Below are positions 46,183-52,326 of a stretch of 52,326 bases of DNA, one piece after another. Position numbers and translations under genes: made by a program. The stretch's first letter is position 1. Each line of letters opens with the position of its first letter. Location of the stretch: the IMG/VR virus record IMGVR_UViG_3300012211_000001, positions 1-52,326 of that record; one strand, given 5' to 3'. The notes beneath the pieces are model-generated. The model searched no databases, was not told the DNA's origin, and worked only from the letters and a program-made list of their open reading frames with translations. The DNA is from a virus (lineage: Duplodnaviria > Caudoviricetes).

Positions 46183-48365
46183 GTCGCTATTCTGATTTGC
46201 CGTCCGGATGCTCGCCGTCCGACATTCCTGGAAACCGCCCCGAGGATTTGGTCTCCGAAGAACTATACGAGTTGTTCAGCAAGGCATGGAGCTATGCCTT
46301 CACCGAAGAACAGATTGTGGAGATTTGGCGCGAAGCGGTGAAGGAAGAAGAAGCCAAGGCGGACGATTACGAGCGGCGGCGGGAGGGAGCGTGAGCGAAA
46401 AGAGGTATCCCGAGGTGATTACGCCTGAGATTCTCGCAGAGTTGGCGCATGTGAGCGATGACGAGATCGCCCAAGACATTGCGGATACCGAGCGCGAAAT
46501 CTCCCAGTATCGTGCAGTAGGGGAAGCGGAGGCGGGGATTGCTCGCGCGCACCCCGATCAGAACGAGCGGCGCATGGCTGATTTTCGCGCCCGCGCACGG
46601 CCTGAGCAAATCGCCCAGCGGGAAGCATTCGTGGCATATCTGCGACGGTTGCAAGTGGCGCGAAGCCAAGGAGTATAGGCATGAGTTCGGGGACTTCTTT
46701 GCATAGTCAAGACCGAGAGCAGCACAGTCAGCAACCCCCATTGGCCGACATTCGGAATGCGCTGCAAGCACTCGTCGCGTGGCGTGAGGAAAGCCTCCGG
46801 GCCGACTTGGAAGATGTCGAGCGCCTACTGAATCACGCGATTGAAGGCCTCTCGGAGCCGAATGCGGCGGCCATCCATGCTGCTACCGCCCTGCTGCGCG
46901 CCGCGATGGGTCCGACGGCATTTGATCTCGCCGAGCCCCGGTTGCCCCGCGATGTGGCGTCGGTGATTCTTCACGCCCAGTTGACGGGCCTTTCCCCGGA
47001 GACGCTGTGAGCGCCTCGAATCTGCCAACGGGTCCCTCACGGTCATTGCCGAAATTGACGCTCGAACAGCGTACTCGCGCCTATAAACTGGAGCACCAAG
47101 TCGTGGACGATTCGCTGGGGGCCGCTTATGAGATTATCGCACTGCGCGATGCCGCTCAAGCGATGGCCGATTTCGCTTTTTCGCATGTGGAGCAGACACG
47201 GGGCTATCGCGCGGCGATTCGTGCCTTCTGTAAGCACAAGCGCGCATTACGGGAAGCACTGAGTGGTTCTGGAGAGGTTCTATGATGAGCGCCTTGCGCG
47301 AAGAACTGACGATTGAACATGTGCGCCTTCTGCTGTCAATCGCAGTGACGACATATAACGAGAAGCCCGAAGGTGAGCGGCGCCAGTATCTCAAAGTGGT
47401 TGCGGGTAGTCTCGTGCGAACTATGATTGATCGTCTGGCGCGCCCTGACGTTCCTGACACGACGCATTGGTATCTGCCGCACATCTGGAATACCGAAGGA
47501 ATTTGCACCAAGTGTGGGCGAGATCTCCATCTCACTGATGATCCAGCTTGTTCCGACTCGCTCCAAGAAGCGATCAGTAAATGTCGGCAACTCGGGCATC
47601 TGTGGAGTGAGTCACACTTTCCCTACGAAGGCCAATGTTTACGCTGCGGCGAATGGGACTTACCGGAAACTGAGGGTGCTGATCCCAACGAAGGAGAGCC
47701 CCGGCCATGGCAATAGCCACCTGTGCGCATGGTGTCTCGCTGATGCGGTTCTGCGATGCGTGCGAGGAATCGAATATCCGCGCCGAGCAGCATTTCCGTG
47801 AGCAACGGCAGGTCGCCGCGGATCGCCGCATCGTGGAGTACCATCAAGCGATGTACGGTCCCAGCTCGGAGGATGCGTATTTGGCGGAACCCGAGGACCT
47901 ATGCCGGGGCTGCGGCACGCCTTGGATCAGTCATATGCGGACCGATGCGGATAATTACTGCGGCGAGTGCCGTAACCCGGAGGACCGATGATTGGCCATT
48001 TTTTGCTGACGCTGATCGCAGAGCAGGAAGATCGGGTGCTTACTGAAAGTTTTGAACCGTATGTTCCCGAACCGTATGTTCCCGATTTGACAACTCGGCG
48101 CTGTGTGATCGACGTAGCGCTCGACCGTTCGGCGAATACTACCGAAGCCGTATATTTCCCATTCCGGCCTGGTGCCCCGTGGGCGCAATGCGGCCTCGCA
48201 TGGGTCGGTAGATCATACGATCGGCTTTGTATGCGTTTTGGGTCGCCCCGCGTGAACGCCGCCATCCGGAATCGCATCCTCTCGAATCGCGCCCGCCGTA
48301 TTCTGGGTAACCCGTCTCGGGATACTGCTGGTGTCGGGGAGTGCCGATTCGGACGGGGCGAATGA
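46179..48365 (+). other. Run of coupled small early ORFs (46179-46394, 46391-46678, 46681-47010, 47007-47285, 47282-47716, 47707-47991, 47988-48365)
   Basis: Continuous same-strand tiling, mostly with start/stop overlaps. Confidence 0.6.
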
Positions 48366-48700
48366 GCCGATACGATCAGTGGTATCTCCGCGACGGAACC
48401 ACTACGAATGATATCCGTGTCTGGGGCGAAAAGTTCAAAGACCCCGCCTACAAACGCGTGGCGGCCACGACGCTGCCCGACGGGAAGTGGATCAGCACCG
48501 TCTGGATGGGCATGGATCATTCCTTCGGCGACGGGCCCCCGCTCATCTTTGAGACGATGGTATTCCCTTCGGAGGGAGACCTTGGAGACTTGGACTGTGA
48601 GCGCTACAGCACCGAAGCAGAAGCCGCCGCGGGTCATGCAGCCATGGTGGCGAAATGGACGGCCCTAGTTGGAGTCCCAGCGCCCCAGGAGCCCCAATGA
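48362..48700 (+). CDS. Conserved phage hypothetical protein
   Basis: ISTVWMGMDH...PLIFETMVF...RYSTEAEA..GH. Confidence 0.7.
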   Translation: MSRYDQWYLRDGTTTNDIRVWGEKFKDPAYKRVAATTLPDGKWISTVWMGMDHSFGDGPPLIFETMVFPSEGDLGDLDCERYSTEAEAAAGHAAMVAKWTALVGVPAPQEPQ

Positions 48701-49692
48701 GCGCCTCTAATACGATTGCCTGCATTCGAGAACTGGTCGGTGAAGGACTGATAGGCGTCATCCCAGAATGGAGCAGCGGCGACATTACGTCTTGTAAGGC
48801 GCTGGTGTTTACATCGGGGCGGGCGCTCATCTTGGGGGACAACGGCAGTTATTGGGTCGCCCCCGCCGAAGATGTGCAGCTCGTCGTTCGCAAGCTACGT
48901 GAGAGCTACGAGCATGGCGTCGGGGAACTCGCCCAACTGCTCGAATTAAGTGGAGCGATTCGGTGACTCCGGGCGTGTCGGGGCGCGATCTCCCCCCACT
49001 TGACATAACTGCCATTGGCAGTAGCTTCCAGTGTATCCTTACTGGAGCCTTGATATGATTCGCACCGCTGAGTGGACGAACTGGGCGATCAACTTCGTGC
49101 AAGAAGCCATCGTTGTGGCGAGTCTCGATTTTCCATGCGGGCCACAAGGCCCATGCGATGGCTTCGTAGGTAGCCCGGAGCGGAAGCGCTATCAGTCGAT
49201 GGTCCACGAATGGATGACAAACGGGGCGCTACCCAAGGAAGCCGTGCGGCGGTGCGCGTGTGGTATGCACGCTGTCTATCATCCGCTGATTGGCCTTGAG
49301 GTCGTAGATCTGTGCGCGCGGTGCTATGGCAATGAGTTCCCCGAACGAGCCGCCACGTTTGACTTAGCGCGTATAGCCCCGAGTGCTGGCGAGTTTCACG
49401 AATGAGCGGCGTTCGGCAGGCTCGGTGTGATTACTGCGGGCATTTCGGGCTATGCGAAGAATCCCCCAGTGGGCGCTATCTGGAGTGCGTCACAGGCTGT
49501 AGCCGACATCAAGTAGTCCCTCCGGGTGGTCAAGGCTGTGTCACCATATACGAGATAGCCTTTGCTCAGGCGCGGAACCACAACCTTACAAACGAAGCGG
49601 CACACGAGGTTGGATTGTTCGCCGTCTATCTTCATGGAAAAGTCGCCGGCAAGAAAGTGGTGTCCGAAGCAACCAATATGGTGCGCCCATGA
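48697..49692 (+). other. Small early ORFs (48697-48966, ~49055-49405, 49402-49692)
   Basis: Same-strand tiling with overlaps. Confidence 0.5.
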
Positions 49693-49883
49693 CGCCCCGC
49701 CAACTACGGGTCGCACTGAAGCGTCTCGCGCTCTCCCAATCCGAAGCCGCGCGCCGTCTCGGGATACAGCAGTCCACGATGTACCGCTGGCTCGCCGGCG
49801 AGCGAAAAATCCCCGGGCCTGTGGTCGCGGCGGTGAATTGCTGGCGTAGCGGTGCGTTTTCCCCACCCCAGAGGAACGGATGA
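49689..49883 (+). CDS. Small HTH regulator
   Basis: LSQSEAARRLGIQQSTMYRWLAGERKIP. Confidence 0.8.
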   Translation: MTPRQLRVALKRLALSQSEAARRLGIQQSTMYRWLAGERKIPGPVVAAVNCWRSGAFSPPQRNG

Positions 49884-50212
49884 GTACTTGGGAAAAGTTG
49901 CCGCCGCTCGACGGTCAGCCGAACCCGTGCGCGAATTGTCCGCCGATATTGGCTGAAGCGCATCCCGAGAAAATTATCGCCGTGGGATTTGGCGATGCTT
50001 GCGTGACGTGCGATGGGCGCGAAGTCTATCGCGAGCCGCAGGACATGGTGCGCGAGGATGCCTTCTGGGACTTCGCTCGCGCCGAGGAGGAAGCTGCCAA
50101 GGACCCCGACCACGATTGGCGCGCCGTGCTGTTCGGCCCGCTGCACGGGGAAACGTATCAGCGCCAAGATGGGAAGTGGCTCTTGGTCGAGAAAAACGAG
50201 GGATTCGCGTGA
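49880..50212 (+). CDS. Hypothetical protein
   Basis: DPDHDWR..GPLHGETYQRQ. Confidence 0.65.
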   Translation: MSTWEKLPPLDGQPNPCANCPPILAEAHPEKIIAVGFGDACVTCDGREVYREPQDMVREDAFWDFARAEEEAAKDPDHDWRAVLFGPLHGETYQRQDGKWLLVEKNEGFA

Positions 50213-50590
50213 GTCCGGGCGTGTCGGGGCACGATCTCCCCCTAACCCACCGTTGGAAAGCGGGCGAGCCGCAAACGCGGAGCTTCGACCGCAGTATCCC
50301 AACGAGCGAGCGGCGCTGTTCGCAATGCGGCATCGTATGCGAAAACGCCTACCGCGCGGGGACACATCCGGGGGTATGTATTCCCATGCAAGCCCTATTG
50401 TCGCCCGCGAAGTCCGGTGCGTTTTCTCCACCCCAGAGGCTAGATCCATGAAGTACCTCGTCTATACGCCAGAGTACGGCACCGTCATTCCGATTCTGGA
50501 TGATGGCACGGGGCCGATGGAATATGGGTGCGACGTGCTCCACGTCCGTGCGCGAAATCGCCGCGCCGCGAAGGTGCTGGCTGTGCGCGC

Positions 50591-51028
50591 ATGAAGGCGG
50601 TTAACCGGAAACGCGGGGGCTCAAGTTTCCCGGAGCAGCGTGATCGCAAGTATCGGCGCTGGATCTGGACAGAGAATCCGTGCATGCTGGCTGAGCGGAT
50701 CATGCGGGGCGCGGTATCGTCGTATGACGCGCCTTACGAGTCCCTGAATCACAACGCGGCGCGAGTCTATCGTGGGTTCTGGCACAACTGCTGGGGCGGG
50801 AATACGCCCGCGCATGTCGGGAAACATCAAGCCACAGGAGCGCCCGACTTCGGGGTGCTCGTGCCGCTGTGCAAAGTCGCGCACGGATTTTACGACGAGC
50901 ATCGCAAGGAGTGGGCGAAAGCAACGGGATTCACCGAAGCGAAAATGGCGCTCCGCGCATCGGGATACGCCTTAAAGTACGTCGAGCAAGGCGGGGCTGT
51001 GGTGCGGGCTGCTGGAGGAACCCTATGA
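50591..51028 (+). CDS. HNH-like/DUF968-like nuclease-fold protein
   Basis: RDRKYRRW..PC, PAHV, VPLCKVAH. Confidence 0.55.
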   Translation: MKAVNRKRGGSSFPEQRDRKYRRWIWTENPCMLAERIMRGAVSSYDAPYESLNHNAARVYRGFWHNCWGGNTPAHVGKHQATGAPDFGVLVPLCKVAHGFYDEHRKEWAKATGFTEAKMALRASGYALKYVEQGGAVVRAAGGTL

Positions 51029-52252
51029 ACTGGCTGCGCGAAATCTGGAAATTGCGCCCTCCGGTGAGTCCGCTCTGGATGTATCGCTGGCTGCGCGATT
51101 GGGATTCGCGCCCCAGCCGCTGGAGGGCGATTCGGCATACGCTGCCTTGCTGGTGGGCGCTCTGGCAGTGGGCCGCGAGTCCTGCGGGATATGATGGTGA
51201 TTACACGGATGTAACATTTGGGGCGGCGCCGTCCCCGGACCCCAAGGAGCCCAGGCCATGACGAATATCTGGTATTTCCGTGAAGGGACCGAGCAGCGCG
51301 TGGAAGTGCTGCACATGGATGCCGCTGACGGTGACCCACAGCGCTGGATCGTGAATTGTGGAGCGTGCGGGACCAACTTCACGCTGCGCCCCGACCACGG
51401 AGTGCAGATCGGCCCTGACGGCGCGCTAACTGCGGAGCACTCTTTTAACTGCCCGAAATGCATGAATTGGCATCGCCACGTTCGCGGCGGAGTGATACAG
51501 CCATGACAGGTCCTGTGGGGGCTTCGCTTCCGGGAGCCGCGCCATCAAGCGAGGGCCCAAGCGAGCAAGGCTGGTTTGACGTGCAATTAACGCGCGCCGA
51601 GTATGAAGCTGGGGCTGAGGCGCTTTTACGGATGGGGTTGGCGGTTGGCTGGCTTCCAACGCATGTCGAAGCTGCTGCGGCGTTCGTATGGCGCACCATT
51701 CAGACAGTCCGCGGGGCGGCGCTGGAGGCTGGGCCTCCCCTCGGGCACGAGAAGCTCGACGAAATCGTTGCCCGTTTCGGCGCAGCGAGTCACAAGGCGG
51801 GTCAGGAGTCTGTACGGCATACTGGGTATGAGCCTCGCGCCGAGGAATTGCTACGGGAAGCGACGGCCGAGGTACAAAAAGCATTACGAGTTCTGGTGAG
51901 TGGGGAGGCTGGGCCTTCCCCAGAACGTTGCCCAACTTGTAGGTCGGTAGCCCATGCCATCTGCGATACCTGCGGCGAAGAGTGGTTCAATCGCACGCAG
52001 AGCATCGCGCATTCACAACAAACCGCCGAACGGTTAGCAGCGGGGCCCTGGTACGTGGACGATTCGATCACGGGTCCCGAGCCTTGGTATGTCGGCAACG
52101 GAAAGCGGGGCTATCATTTCCTCAGCGAACTGGAGGCGCGCACCGTATGCGATGCGCTAAATCGCGCCCACGTCTCGGGTAACGCTGTAGATTTTGGTGT
52201 TCGGGGGCCGCCTCAGGAGAAGCCTAGCGCAACCCCGCCGGATTCCCTATGA
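51025..52252 (+). other. Terminal small ORFs (51025-51261, 51258-51506 zinc ribbon, 51503-52252)
   Basis: ATGA-coupled tiling. Confidence 0.55.
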
Positions 52253-52326
52253 TGTTGCTATAGACGGCGCTTCGTAGCGTCGCCCCGCTGATCCCTCGTC
52301 TCACCGGGTCGCCCCCTCAGTGGGCA
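52204..52326. repeat. Terminal direct repeat (copy 2)
   Basis: Identical to 1-123. Confidence 0.95.

Noticed and set aside
44785-48700. Diversity-generating retroelement TR/VR pair
   Set aside because: No reverse transcriptase in the genome; differences are mostly synonymous rather than adenine-specific

Overview
The window is an apparently complete, circular tailed-phage genome of about 52.2 kb. Bases 1-123 recur exactly at 52204-52326. It is siphovirus-like, and I saw no integrase. Layout: a displaced Dit/fibre cassette (0.9-2.6 kb), terminase and portal, a ~6.5 kb block of putative virion appendage genes including a beta-helix depolymerase-like gene, an intein-containing MuF head protein, a nonulosonic (sialic-like) acid synthesis/activation/transfer cluster, then protease, scaffold, capsid, neck, tail and lysis genes. 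Two divergently transcribed arms of small early/middle genes flank a back-to-back promoter at ~45.55 kb. Main unusual signals: (1) the MuF intein carries a codon-aligned Vsr/DUF559-like endonuclease on the opposite strand, with its own promoter and RBS written into the intein splice-motif codons; (2) a stand-alone Cas7/RAMP-like gene sits next to a GGY-NN pentamer array, with a second orphan array 7.5 kb away; (3) NeuB + NeuA + two CstII/Maf-like transferases suggest virion glycosylation; (4) an intact TnpB lacks visible IS ends and is followed by a tRNA-like structured RNA cluster. All family assignments are from motif recognition by eye; no database searches were run.
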